This document shows, one piece after another, positions 53,682 through 63,115 of a DNA stretch of 64,000 bases (within the stretch, counting starts at the first letter, position 1; each line of letters starts with the position of its first letter). The notes beneath the pieces were generated by a model. It ran no database searches, was not told the origin of the DNA, and saw nothing but the letters and a program-made list of their open reading frames with translations. The DNA comes from Acutalibacteraceae bacterium. Lineage in GTDB: Bacteria; Bacillota; Clostridia; Oscillospirales; Acutalibacteraceae. The stretch spans positions 677 through 64,676 of the forward strand of contig JAZTYA010000033.1 of NCBI GenBank assembly GCA_045636705.1, written 5' to 3'. The position numbers were made by a program, and so were the translations under genes.

Positions 53682-54788
53682 TTATTTCGCATGCTGATTC
53701 AATTTCTCGATAATTGAAATGAAACGGGGCTCCTGACGAATGCAATCATATCGAGGATGCTGCATTTTTTCAAGAATATGATAGCATTCTGTATGCTCTG
53801 TACACTCGTGAAAATCTTTGCTCGGTTCAGGATAAATCAATTTATCTGTAAGAATTGATGTGAAAAATTTACCGTGGTCATTTATATACGCTTTATCGTG
53901 TTCAATAGCGTGATAACACATTTTTTCAAGAAATTCAATGGTTCCATCTATTTTGCCTTGTGCAATTTGATAGGTGGAGATCAACCAATAATTTCTGGAG
54001 AGACGAACATGATAAAACATGAGATTATCCCCGTATATCTTCTTATATAGATGGTTGGAAATAGTAAGCATTTCAATTTTTTTATCCCAAGTTGATGGGT
54101 CGTCTGGCAAATCTTCATGTAGCACAAGATTGTGAATGGACAATCCCAAGCCATCGGTAAATTTATCAATCTCGTCTTGAATATAAAATTCTGTATTTCC
54201 ATCACCAATTCCGCAAGCAAGAGCAGTTTCGCGGCAGTACTTCATCGGCGAGAGCAATTCTAATGTGCTTCTCGCTTTTTGTATTTCTCCCAATTCGTTA
54301 TATATGCTACTTAAAGTACAAATTGCTTCATAACGTATGTCTTCATCATGGCAGTTGTCAATTACCGATAAACATAGGGTTTCAGATTCATGAATCAGGG
54401 ATTTCTCGTGTGTATTGCTCCATTCGTCCAACAAACAGGCAGCAAGATAAACTTTGATTTTGGAATCGTTAGGAAATTTAACAAACGCATCGCGCACGAA
54501 AGAAAGCCTTTCTTGATGCGTTCCCACTTCTGCCAAACGTCGCAATTCTTTTTTAATATTAGCAAGTTCTTCTTCTCGCTCCGACAGCTTATATCCAAGA
54601 AGCTCATCCGTACTGACCGAGAAAAAGTCTGCCAACGCCGGAAGAAGTTCTATATCGGGATAACCACCTTCGGATTCCCAACGAGATATCGCTTGAGGCG
54701 TAACGCCTATAGCGGTGGCAAGGGTGTCTTGTGTAATATTATTATTTGCACGAAGTTTTTTGATAATCGCACCTATTTTAATGTTCAT
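53682..54788 (-). CDS. XRE-family HTH regulator with a large helical-repeat (TPR-like) C-terminal domain
   Basis: N-terminal HTH (LRANNNITQDTLATAIGVTPQAISRWESE) plus a helical domain of about 300 aa. Confidence 0.8.
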   Translation of the reverse strand: MNIKIGAIIKKLRANNNITQDTLATAIGVTPQAISRWESEGGYPDIELLPALADFFSVSTDELLGYKLSEREEELANIKKELRRLAEVGTHQERLSFVRDAFVKFPNDSKIKVYLAACLLDEWSNTHEKSLIHESETLCLSVIDNCHDEDIRYEAICTLSSIYNELGEIQKARSTLELLSPMKYCRETALACGIGDGNTEFYIQDEIDKFTDGLGLSIHNLVLHEDLPDDPSTWDKKIEMLTISNHLYKKIYGDNLMFYHVRLSRNYWLISTYQIAQGKIDGTIEFLEKMCYHAIEHDKAYINDHGKFFTSILTDKLIYPEPSKDFHECTEHTECYHILEKMQHPRYDCIRQEPRFISIIEKLNQHAK

Positions 54789-54945
54789 ATTATACCTCCG
54801 AAAAGTTTATCACCGGTGTAATTATAATATAGCATATATTTTTCAAAAAACAATTATCAATTCGTTGTTAAATAGGTAAAGCAGTACTTTACATCAAGAA
54901 GAAGTAAAATACTGATTTACGGCAGGTGCGCCAAGGGTGGATTTT

Positions 54946-56217
54946 TTATTTTGCTATCTTTTCTTTATTTATCTGTTCCATACGGAGTTTATAGATTTCT
55001 TCGGTCGCAAACGAAAGCTTTGTTACTACATTCTGCTTTTCAGGGTAGCAATAGAAGGAGTCCTTGTCTGTCGAAATATCGATACAGTCAAAAGGCTTTA
55101 TATAACAGTAATCGTATTCCACGTGAACGCCGTACATACTTTCTGCCGAACGATGAACCTCATAATCTTCTCCGTTATAGTGGCCCAGAAGTTTAAAGCC
55201 GTCTAGTGAGTGGGTAAGAACAGCATCCCCTAAATGTTCAAACTGCATACAGCGTGGAAGGGAATAAACATCAACCTTGTCTTCAAAGGAATATTCACCC
55301 TTTTCAATTTGTTCTCTAACTTGACTACGTTCCCACTCGAACCAGTCGGGGATATGCGAAAACTCGGTTTCGCCATTTGTTGCGCAAAGAACACCCAGTT
55401 CATCCATAACCCACTCTTTGCCACACTCTTCGCAAAATAAACTAGCACCGCTACTATTCATTTTAAATTCGGTTTTACAGTGTGGGCACTGATATAAAAC
55501 CTTGTGTAAACCTTCGGCTCTAAAGTCTTCGGTAATCTTAATATTTTGGTCCTTTTGCCATTTGTATTCATCATACTGCATAGCCTGTCTTATAGTAGCG
55601 TTAATTTCATCCACGCTCATATTTTTAAGGTCTTCGGCAGTTAAAATTTGCTCCATTGTAGTATAAAGCGGAACCTTTCTTACCTTTCTGTAGTTCCAAA
55701 AAGGAGTTCTCAAGTAATTACCGTGATGAAGAAGCACAACAACAGGAACCTTGCAACTTTTTACAAGTTTGCCTAAAGAATCGGGGAGAATAGCGGTAGT
55801 TCCAATGGGCGTGTATCTGGCTTCCGGGTACATACAAAGCACGTCGCCACGGCTGAGCACCTTCTTTATAGACTTAATAAGGTGCAAATCGGTTGTGAAT
55901 TTTCTTTTACAAATACAACCTAAAAGTTCCATAAGCCAGGGTCTTCTATAGTAACCGTCAACCGTTGCAACGTTGTTTACTCTATGTGGAAATGTGGCAA
56001 TCGCAGAAAGCTCAAAATCTATAAAATAGTGGTGATTGCTTAGCAAAATATACGGTGGTTTTAAACCCTCCATATTTATTTTTTCGATTTTGTACTTTAC
56101 GCCAAACATTAAAACTATTTTGCTTACAATATAAAGCAAAAAGGTCATAATCTTTGGTTGTCTTATCGGGTATTTGGCAGTATTATAATATTTTTTATTT
56201 TTATAATTTACTTCCAT
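54946..56217 (-). CDS. PlsC-family (lysophospholipid) acyltransferase with internal zinc ribbon
   Basis: HxxxxD motif (NHHYFIDFE), PEARYT, and CPHCKTEF...CEECGKEW. ATG at 56217, 6 nt after AAGGAG. Confidence 0.7.
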   Translation of the reverse strand: MEVNYKNKKYYNTAKYPIRQPKIMTFLLYIVSKIVLMFGVKYKIEKINMEGLKPPYILLSNHHYFIDFELSAIATFPHRVNNVATVDGYYRRPWLMELLGCICKRKFTTDLHLIKSIKKVLSRGDVLCMYPEARYTPIGTTAILPDSLGKLVKSCKVPVVVLLHHGNYLRTPFWNYRKVRKVPLYTTMEQILTAEDLKNMSVDEINATIRQAMQYDEYKWQKDQNIKITEDFRAEGLHKVLYQCPHCKTEFKMNSSGASLFCEECGKEWVMDELGVLCATNGETEFSHIPDWFEWERSQVREQIEKGEYSFEDKVDVYSLPRCMQFEHLGDAVLTHSLDGFKLLGHYNGEDYEVHRSAESMYGVHVEYDYCYIKPFDCIDISTDKDSFYCYPEKQNVVTKLSFATEEIYKLRMEQINKEKIAK

Positions 56218-56311
56218 CGATAACTCCTTAGATTTATTTATAAAAAGTATATTATATAGAAATATGTTTGTCAAATAAAAAAGTAGCAGTCAAACTGACT
56301 GCTACTAATCT

Positions 56312-57067
56312 TTAAAACTTAACTATATCGTTCATATCATAAAGTCCTGCTTCTTTTCCTGCTAAGAAAACAGCCGCCTTAATTGAACCTTCGGCAAAAA
56401 CTTCCTTTGAAGAAGCGTGATGCGAAAGGGTAATAACCTCATCGTGTCCCGCAAAAATAACGTCGTGCTCACCAACAATGGTGCCGCCGCGAATAGAATG
56501 AATACCAATCTCATTTTTTGCGCGCTTCTCGCGTTTTGAATGACGGTCATAGGTAAACATCATCTTATCGTCCAAAGCCTCGTTAACGGCATTTGCAAGC
56601 ATAATAGCGGTGCCCGAAGGAGCATCAACTTTAAGGTTGTGATGCTTTTCAACAATCTCAATATCAAAGCTGTCACCTAAAATAGATGCGGCCTTTTTTG
56701 AAAGGGCAACCAAAAGATTAATACCTAGCGACATATTAAATGTGAAGAAAAGGGGAATATCCTTTGATGCTAATTTTATCTTCTCTGTTTGCTCTGCAGA
56801 ATAACCTGTTGTAGCAATAACAACGGGTAGGTTATTTTTCTTTGCAAATAAAAGCAGAGAATCAAGCAAAGCGGGATTTGAAAAGTCAATAATTACATCG
56901 GCTTTTTCGGTTACCTTATCAAAGGAACTGTATATCGGAAAATCGGCAGAGCCATCGGTATAAAGGTCAATACCTGCTACTATCTTGCAGTCTGAATAAG
57001 CCTTGATACAGTTTGCGATAACCCTTCCCATTTTGCCGGCAGCACCACACAAAATAATATTTGTCAT
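56312..57067 (-). CDS. dapB: 4-hydroxy-tetrahydrodipicolinate reductase
   Basis: GAAGKMG NAD(P) motif and EKHHNLKVDAPSGTA. Confidence 0.93.
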   Translation of the reverse strand: MTNIILCGAAGKMGRVIANCIKAYSDCKIVAGIDLYTDGSADFPIYSSFDKVTEKADVIIDFSNPALLDSLLLFAKKNNLPVVIATTGYSAEQTEKIKLASKDIPLFFTFNMSLGINLLVALSKKAASILGDSFDIEIVEKHHNLKVDAPSGTAIMLANAVNEALDDKMMFTYDRHSKREKRAKNEIGIHSIRGGTIVGEHDVIFAGHDEVITLSHHASSKEVFAEGSIKAAVFLAGKEAGLYDMNDIVKF

Positions 57068-57093
57068 ATTTTAAACATCCTTAAAGATTTTTC

Positions 57094-57984
57094 TTATTTA
57101 ATAAGTTCAAATTTTTTAAGCTCGTTTATGAGAACAGCCTTAGTATTAGGCTCCATAGGAGTCATAGGAAGGCGAACAGGACCCATATTCAATCCCATTT
57201 CATTCATTGCTTCCTTAACGGGAATTGGGTTCACCTCAATAAACAAAGCATCAATTAAAGAAGAAAGTTCAATCTGCATAGCAGCGGCACCCTCAAGGTC
57301 ACCACTTAGCATCTTGTCGCACATCTCAACGGTTTCTTTAGGCATTACGTTTGAAAGAACCGAGATAACACCCTTACCGCCAAGAGCCATAATAGGAACG
57401 ATTTGGTCATCGTTGCCCGAATAGATATCAAGCTTATCTCCGCATAGAAGTCTTGTCTTTACAACGCTTGAAACGTCGCCGTTAGCTTCTTTAATAGCAA
57501 CGATATTTTCAACCTCTGCAAGTTTTGCGTAGGTTTCAGGCTTAATGTTTACGCCTGTTCTTGAAGGAACGTTATAAAGAATGATGGGAAGAGATACACG
57601 CTCTGCAATATACTTATAATGAGCCACAAGACCTGCCTGTGTAGCCTTATTATAGTAAGGAGTTACGATTAAAAGTGCATCAGCGCCTGCTTCTTCTGCC
57701 TCAATAGCTAGGTCAGCGGCACACTTTGTATCATTACTGCCTGCGCCTGCAATAATCTTAACTCTGCCGTTTGCGTGCTTGATAGCTTCACGAATAACCT
57801 CAGAATGCTCTTCAAGTGTCATTGTAGCAGATTCACCGGTTGTACCGCAAATAACTAAAGCGGGAATACCTGCTTCAATCTGCTCATCAATTAAAGTACG
57901 AAAACGCGGAAAGTTAATTGAACCGTCAGGGTTCATAGGAGTAACAAGTGCTGTAGCAACGCCTGTAAAAATAGTTTTTTTCAT
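57094..57984 (-). CDS. dapA: 4-hydroxy-tetrahydrodipicolinate synthase
   Basis: GTTGES, YNVPSRT and AIKEA motifs. ATG at 57984, 6 nt after AAGGTG. The ORF track's GTG at 57993 is the alternative start. Confidence 0.93.
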   Translation of the reverse strand: MKKTIFTGVATALVTPMNPDGSINFPRFRTLIDEQIEAGIPALVICGTTGESATMTLEEHSEVIREAIKHANGRVKIIAGAGSNDTKCAADLAIEAEEAGADALLIVTPYYNKATQAGLVAHYKYIAERVSLPIILYNVPSRTGVNIKPETYAKLAEVENIVAIKEANGDVSSVVKTRLLCGDKLDIYSGNDDQIVPIMALGGKGVISVLSNVMPKETVEMCDKMLSGDLEGAAAMQIELSSLIDALFIEVNPIPVKEAMNEMGLNMGPVRLPMTPMEPNTKAVLINELKKFELIK

Positions 57985-58013
57985 TAATTTCACCTTCTAA
58001 ATAAAATAGGTAA

Positions 58014-59093
58014 TTAATCCATATAACCCTTAGCACAGAGAAGCTCTGCAAGTAAAACAGCGCCGCCTGCTGCACCACGAAGGGTGTTGTGTGAAAGACA
58101 AACAAACTTGTAGTCATACTGACTATCTTCACGAAGACGACCGATAGAAACAGCCATACCACCTTCAAGACCACGATGAAGTTTTGTCTGAGGCATATTG
58201 TCTTCGGTAAAGTAGTTTAAGAACTGCTTTGGAGCGCTTGGAAGCTCTAGCGCCTGAGGAGCGCCTGAGAACTCCTTCCAAACCTTTAAGATTTCTTCCT
58301 TTGAAGGTTTGTTATCAAAAGAAACGAAAACTGCAGCCATGTGACCGTCAGATACGGGAACACGTAGACACTGAGCAGTAAACTTAGGAGAATCAGCAAG
58401 GGCAATCTTGCCATCTTCAACCTTACCCCAAATCTTTAAAGGCTCTTTTTCACTCTTTTCTTCTTCGCCACCAATGTAGGGGATTACGTTATCAACCATT
58501 TCAGGCCAACGCTCAAAGGTTTTACCTGCGCCTGAAATTGCCTGATAAGTACAAACTAAAGATTTAGAAATTCCAAATTTTGAAAGGGGATAGAGAGCAG
58601 GCACGTAGCTTTGAAGTGAGCAGTTTGACTTAACTGCGATAAAGCCCTTCTTTGTGCCAAGTCTTTTTCTTTGTGCCTCAATAACGTCGGTGTGGTCATC
58701 ATTGATTTCAGGAATAATCATAGGAACGTCATCGGTAAAACGATGTGCGCTGTTGTTAGAAACAACGGGGCATTCAAGCTTTGCATAAGCTTCTTCTAAA
58801 GCCTTGATTTCATCCTTCTTCATATCAACTGCGCAGAAAACAAAGTCAACGCTAGCGGCTATTTTTTCCATATCTTTCTGTGCGTCGCAGATAACCATAT
58901 CTTTTAGAGCCTCAGGGATGGGTGTAGTCATTGCCCAACGGTCCTTAACACACTCCTCATAGGTTTTGCCTGCACTTCTTGAGCTTGCAGCTAAAACCTT
59001 TACCTCAAACCAAGGATGAGGGTCAAGTAGAGTAGCAAATCTTTGACCAACCATACCGGTGGCGCCTATAATTCCAACATTGTACTTTTTCAC
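58014..59093 (-). CDS. asd: Aspartate-semialdehyde dehydrogenase
   Basis: GATGMVGQR and SNCSLQ (active-site Cys), and LSHNTLRGAAG. Confidence 0.93.
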   Translation of the reverse strand: MKKYNVGIIGATGMVGQRFATLLDPHPWFEVKVLAASSRSAGKTYEECVKDRWAMTTPIPEALKDMVICDAQKDMEKIAASVDFVFCAVDMKKDEIKALEEAYAKLECPVVSNNSAHRFTDDVPMIIPEINDDHTDVIEAQRKRLGTKKGFIAVKSNCSLQSYVPALYPLSKFGISKSLVCTYQAISGAGKTFERWPEMVDNVIPYIGGEEEKSEKEPLKIWGKVEDGKIALADSPKFTAQCLRVPVSDGHMAAVFVSFDNKPSKEEILKVWKEFSGAPQALELPSAPKQFLNYFTEDNMPQTKLHRGLEGGMAVSIGRLREDSQYDYKFVCLSHNTLRGAAGGAVLLAELLCAKGYMD

Positions 59094-59264
59094 AGTAATT
59101 CACATTCCTTCTAAAACAAGATAAAATTTTGGTTGATATATACTATCATATCTAATATAATATATTTATGCCATTATGATTAAATATATCATTTATAATA
59201 ATGCTTGTCAAACATAATTTGTTACAAATTATAGGAAAATCTCTTATTAGGAATTGTGTAGAAT

Positions 59265-60287
59265 ATGAAAACAAAGGATTTCTTTTATCATTTGCCGGAG
59301 GAATTAATAGCACAAACACCGATTGAGCCTAGAAATTCTTCACGTCTTATGGTGCTTAGTAAAGATAAAAAAACAATTGAACATACAGTCTTTTCGTCAC
59401 TTTTTGATTTTCTTAAAAAAGGCGATACTTTAATACTTAACGATACTCGTGTTTTACCTGCAAGAATTTACGGAACAAAGAAGGATACAGGCGCTACGGT
59501 TGAATTTTTGCTTCTTAAAAACTTGGGTAACAATAATTGGGAAGCTTTGGCAGGCCCCGGAAGAAGAGCAAAACCGGGTACCGAGTTTAAGTTTAGCGAC
59601 AGGCTTTCGTGTAAGGTTTTAGAAACAACTCCTGAGGGCAACCGAATTATCCATTTCGATTACGAAGGCGAGTTTTTCTCCTTGCTTGATGAGGTAGGAC
59701 AAATGCCCCTACCACATTATATTACCGAAAAGCTTAAAGATAACGAAAGATATCAAACGGTTTATTCAAAAGAGATGGGCTCTGCAGCGGCTCCTACAGC
59801 CGGTCTTCACTTCACCGAGGAAATGCTAGAGGAACTAAAGAACAAGGGGATTAATATCGGCTACGTTACGTTGCATGTAGGTCTTGGAACCTTTAGACCC
59901 GTTAAAGCTGAAAATATAACCGACCACACAATGCATACCGAACATTATATTGTTCCGAAAGAAACGGCAGAGCTTATAAACAAAACAAAAGAAAACGGCG
60001 GAAGAGTTATTGCTGTAGGCACTACAAGTTGCAGAACCCTTGAAAGCGCTGCCACAAAAGAGGGCAAGCTTACAGAGTGTAGCGGAGATACAAGCATTTT
60101 TATCTATCCGGGCTATACGTTTAAATGCATTGACGGACTTATTACTAATTTCCATCTACCCGAAAGCACTTTAATTATGTTGGTTTCTGCATTTGCGGGA
60201 TACGAAAATACAATGAATGCTTATAAAACGGCTGTTGAAGAAAAGTATCGCTTCTTTAGCTTCGGCGATGCTATGCTTATTATTTAG
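59265..60287 (+). CDS. queA: S-adenosylmethionine:tRNA ribosyltransferase-isomerase
   Basis: [25 protein letters not shown] and [10 protein letters not shown]. Confidence 0.95.
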   Translation: MKTKDFFYHLPEELIAQTPIEPRNSSRLMVLSKDKKTIEHTVFSSLFDFLKKGDTLILNDTRVLPARIYGTKKDTGATVEFLLLKNLGNNNWEALAGPGRRAKPGTEFKFSDRLSCKVLETTPEGNRIIHFDYEGEFFSLLDEVGQMPLPHYITEKLKDNERYQTVYSKEMGSAAAPTAGLHFTEEMLEELKNKGINIGYVTLHVGLGTFRPVKAENITDHTMHTEHYIVPKETAELINKTKENGGRVIAVGTTSCRTLESAATKEGKLTECSGDTSIFIYPGYTFKCIDGLITNFHLPESTLIMLVSAFAGYENTMNAYKTAVEEKYRFFSFGDAMLII

Positions 60288-60295
60288 GAGAAAAA

Positions 60296-61438
60296 ATGGA
60301 AAAATCAAAATTCACATTACTTAAAACTGAAGGGAAGGCAAGAAGGGCTACCTTTGAAACGGTTCACGGGACCGTTCAAACCCCGGCCTTTATGAATGTT
60401 GCAACCTGTGGCGCAATTAAGGGAGCCGTTTCGGCAGAAGACCTTAAAGAACTTCATTGTCAGGTTATGCTTTCTAATACATATCATCTTCATATTCGTC
60501 CCGGAGATGAAATAATTAAAGAGTGTGGCGGTCTTCATAAGTTTACTACTTGGGAAGGTCCAATTTTAACTGATAGTGGTGGGTTTCAGGTCTTTTCACT
60601 TGCTTCTCTTCGCAAAATTAAAGAAGAAGGCGTAACCTTTGCTTCTCATGTGGACGGTCGTAAAATTTTCATGGGACCTGAAGAGAGTATGCAAATTCAG
60701 TCAAATTTAGGCTCTACTATTGCAATGGCGTTTGACGAATGTGTTGAAAACCCTGCCGAATATAACTATGCTAAAGAATCTTGCGCAAGAACAACCCGTT
60801 GGCTTAAACGCTGCAAGGTTAAAATGGATGAACTTAATTCTTTGCCAAATACGGTAAACCCAAAGCAAATGCTTTTTGGTATAAATCAGGGTTGCACCTA
60901 TTCCGACCTTAGAATAGAACATATGAAAGAAATTGCCGAGCTTGATTTAGACGGATACGCTATTGGTGGTCTTGCCGTTGGTGAACCTGCCGAAGTTATG
61001 TATAAGGTTATAGAAGATGTTGAACCGTATATGCCAAAAGGCAAAATTCGTTATCTTATGGGTGTTGGAACCCCTTCTAATATTCTTAATGCTGTGGAAA
61101 GAGGAGTGGACCTTTTCGACTGTGTTATGCCTTCTCGTAATGCGCGTCATGGTCATCTTTTTACTTGGAACGGAATTATGAATATTAACAACAATAAATA
61201 TGCGTTCGATATGCGACCAATCGATGAAAACTGCGGTTGTCCTGTTTGCAAAAGATATAGCAGAGCATATCTTCGTCACCTTCTTAGAAGTACCGAAATG
61301 CTTTCTCAAAGGCTTCTTGTAATGCACAACTTGTGGTTCTATAACACCCTGATGGAAGAAATCAGGCAAGCCCTTGACGAAGGTAGATTTGCTGAATATA
61401 AAGCAAAAATGGACCCGATTATTTCAAAAAGAATTTAG
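60296..61438 (+). CDS. tgt: Queuine tRNA-ribosyltransferase
   Basis: TDSGGFQV, GLAVGE and the zinc motif CGCPVC...H. Confidence 0.95.
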   Translation: MEKSKFTLLKTEGKARRATFETVHGTVQTPAFMNVATCGAIKGAVSAEDLKELHCQVMLSNTYHLHIRPGDEIIKECGGLHKFTTWEGPILTDSGGFQVFSLASLRKIKEEGVTFASHVDGRKIFMGPEESMQIQSNLGSTIAMAFDECVENPAEYNYAKESCARTTRWLKRCKVKMDELNSLPNTVNPKQMLFGINQGCTYSDLRIEHMKEIAELDLDGYAIGGLAVGEPAEVMYKVIEDVEPYMPKGKIRYLMGVGTPSNILNAVERGVDLFDCVMPSRNARHGHLFTWNGIMNINNNKYAFDMRPIDENCGCPVCKRYSRAYLRHLLRSTEMLSQRLLVMHNLWFYNTLMEEIRQALDEGRFAEYKAKMDPIISKRI

Positions 61439-61441
61439 GTC

Positions 61442-61470
61442 TTGCAATGAGTAAGTTTTTAGTGTATAAT
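61442..61470 (+). promoter_or_regulatory. Sigma-A promoter upstream of yajC
   Basis: TTGCAA, 17 nt, TATAAT. Confidence 0.6.
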
Positions 61471-61509
61471 TCCTTATGAATTAATTGAACTTTTTTGGAG
61501 GTATAAAAA

Positions 61510-61842
61510 ATGTCTTTATTTTTACTCGAAAACACTTCTAGTGCTGTTGATACAACAGGCGGTGCAATGAGCTCTTTAGCTATGCCCATTACACTCGTTT
61601 TAATGTTCGCTATTATGTATTTTGTTATGATTCGTCCTCAGCGCAAAAAGCAGAAGGCTGAAGAGAAGATGAGAAACAGCATCCAAATCGGCGACGAAAT
61701 TCTCACAATCGGCGGTTTTTACGGCAGAGTTGTTTCAATCAAAGAAGATTCTTTAGTAATTGAGTCAGCAGGCGACCGTTCAAAGCAGAAGATTGCTCGT
61801 TGGGCTGTTCAGCAGAATATGACCATTCACGAAGAAGCTTAA
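61510..61842 (+). CDS. yajC: Preprotein translocase subunit YajC
   Basis: Single TM, then IRPQRKKQK and GDEILTIGGFYGRV. Confidence 0.9.
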   Translation: MSLFLLENTSSAVDTTGGAMSSLAMPITLVLMFAIMYFVMIRPQRKKQKAEEKMRNSIQIGDEILTIGGFYGRVVSIKEDSLVIESAGDRSKQKIARWAVQQNMTIHEEA

Positions 61843-61853
61843 AATTAAACTTT

Positions 61854-61882
61854 AGCAGGTGGTTAAACCACCTGCTTTTTTC
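61854..61882 (+). terminator. Intrinsic terminator after yajC
   Basis: AGCAGGTGG-TTAAA-CCACCTGCT-TTTTTT. Confidence 0.85.
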
Positions 61883-61927
61883 ATATCTTTTTATTTGCTC
61901 TCATATATTTTTTACGGGAGTGATAGA

Positions 61928-62329
61928 ATGAAAAACGAATCAATTTATAATGCTAAGGAAAAGGCTTTAATTTTTGCGCTTGCAATAAGCGTAGGCGTCG
62001 TCATAAGTTTAGTGTCGGTGCTAGTCTTTGCACTTATTTCTCTTTTCTTAGATTTGCCCGAGTCGGCAGCTTCAATGTTCGCTATGATGAGTCTTGCCAT
62101 TGGTGGCTTTTCTTCGGCATTTTTAAGCTCTAAAAAGTTTAAGAAAAAGGGAATAATTAACGGACTTATTTGCGCCGCCGTGACCTTTTTACTAGTCTTT
62201 TTTATATCCTTGATAGTCGATAAAGGGGGCATCACCCTAAATACTCTTTTCAACCTTATTGCAACCTTGCTGTCGGGCCTTATCGGTGGCATAGGCGGTG
62301 TTGGTCAAAAGAAATATGGTAGAATTTGA
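61928..62329 (+). CDS. Small integral membrane protein (4 TM), function unknown
   Basis: ATG at 61928 after GGGAG. The upstream extension in the ORF track runs through the yajC terminator. Confidence 0.6.
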   Translation: MKNESIYNAKEKALIFALAISVGVVISLVSVLVFALISLFLDLPESAASMFAMMSLAIGGFSSAFLSSKKFKKKGIINGLICAAVTFLLVFFISLIVDKGGITLNTLFNLIATLLSGLIGGIGGVGQKKYGRI

Positions 62330-62377
62330 TATCTTGTTGAAAAGATAAAGAAAATTTGATATATTAAGGTTATAGCG

Positions 62378-63115
62378 ATGAATATCTATAAAAAGAGTTT
62401 TAACAGTTTATTAGCTGTTATTTTAGTTTTGGTAGTTTCTTTTATTTCAACGGCCACAGTCCCAAAAACAGTACAGACGATGTCGGATAATAGCATTAGT
62501 GGGACAATAATCATTGATGCGGGCCACGGCGGTTTTGACGGAGGCGCAGTTGCAAGTGACGGCACGGTTGAAAAGGATATAAATCTGATTATTGCAACAA
62601 AACTAAAAAACATGTTGGTCTTGTCGGGTTATGACGTAATGATGACGCGTGAATCAGATAGTTCTACAGACACAAGTGAGTCTAATGTTATATCCGATAA
62701 AAAGAAAAGCGATATGAAAAACCGTTTAAAGCTTATTAATTCTAACGAAAACGGAATTTTCGTAAGCATCCATTTAAACAAGTTTACAACCTCTTTAGCA
62801 AATGGAGCGCAGGTTTTTTATTCGCCAAATCATTTAGGTTCAAAAGCCCTTGGAACAACCATCCAAGCGGTAATTAAATCTAAACTGCAAACCGAAAACG
62901 AACGATGCGCAAAGCAGTCTACAAAGGACACTTATCTGCTTTATAATGCGCAAATTCCTGCAGTAATAGTTGAGTGCGGATTTTTGAGCAATGCGGCAGA
63001 ATTAAGACTCTTAAAAACAGAGGATTATCAAGGTAAGGTCGCTTTTACCATTTTTTGTGGGATAAGTGAATATTATAAAAATCAGGAGAAGCTAGATTAT
63101 GGCAACAAAAATTAA
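62378..63115 (+). CDS. cwlD: N-acetylmuramoyl-L-alanine amidase (CwlD-like, germination-type)
   Basis: N-terminal TM, Amidase_3 motifs IIIDAGHGGFDGGA, EKDINL, SIHLN and VECGFLSN. Confidence 0.75.
   Translation: MNIYKKSFNSLLAVILVLVVSFISTATVPKTVQTMSDNSISGTIIIDAGHGGFDGGAVASDGTVEKDINLIIATKLKNMLVLSGYDVMMTRESDSSTDTSESNVISDKKKSDMKNRLKLINSNENGIFVSIHLNKFTTSLANGAQVFYSPNHLGSKALGTTIQAVIKSKLQTENERCAKQSTKDTYLLYNAQIPAVIVECGFLSNAAELRLLKTEDYQGKVAFTIFCGISEYYKNQEKLDYGNKN

Noticed and set aside
53545-53745. 66-aa minus-strand ORF overlapping the 3' end of the HTH regulator gene and its terminator
   Set aside because: It overlaps a supported gene in another frame and runs through a GC-rich terminator hairpin. 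Its composition is Arg/Ala-rich and GC-driven.
59094-59264. Lysine riboswitch upstream of asd-dapA-dapB
   Set aside because: The leader of about 170 nt is very AT-rich and lacks the GC-rich helices I expect for an L-box. I could read only a plausible minus-strand promoter (TTGACA at 59206-59211, 17 nt, TATATT at 59183-59188).
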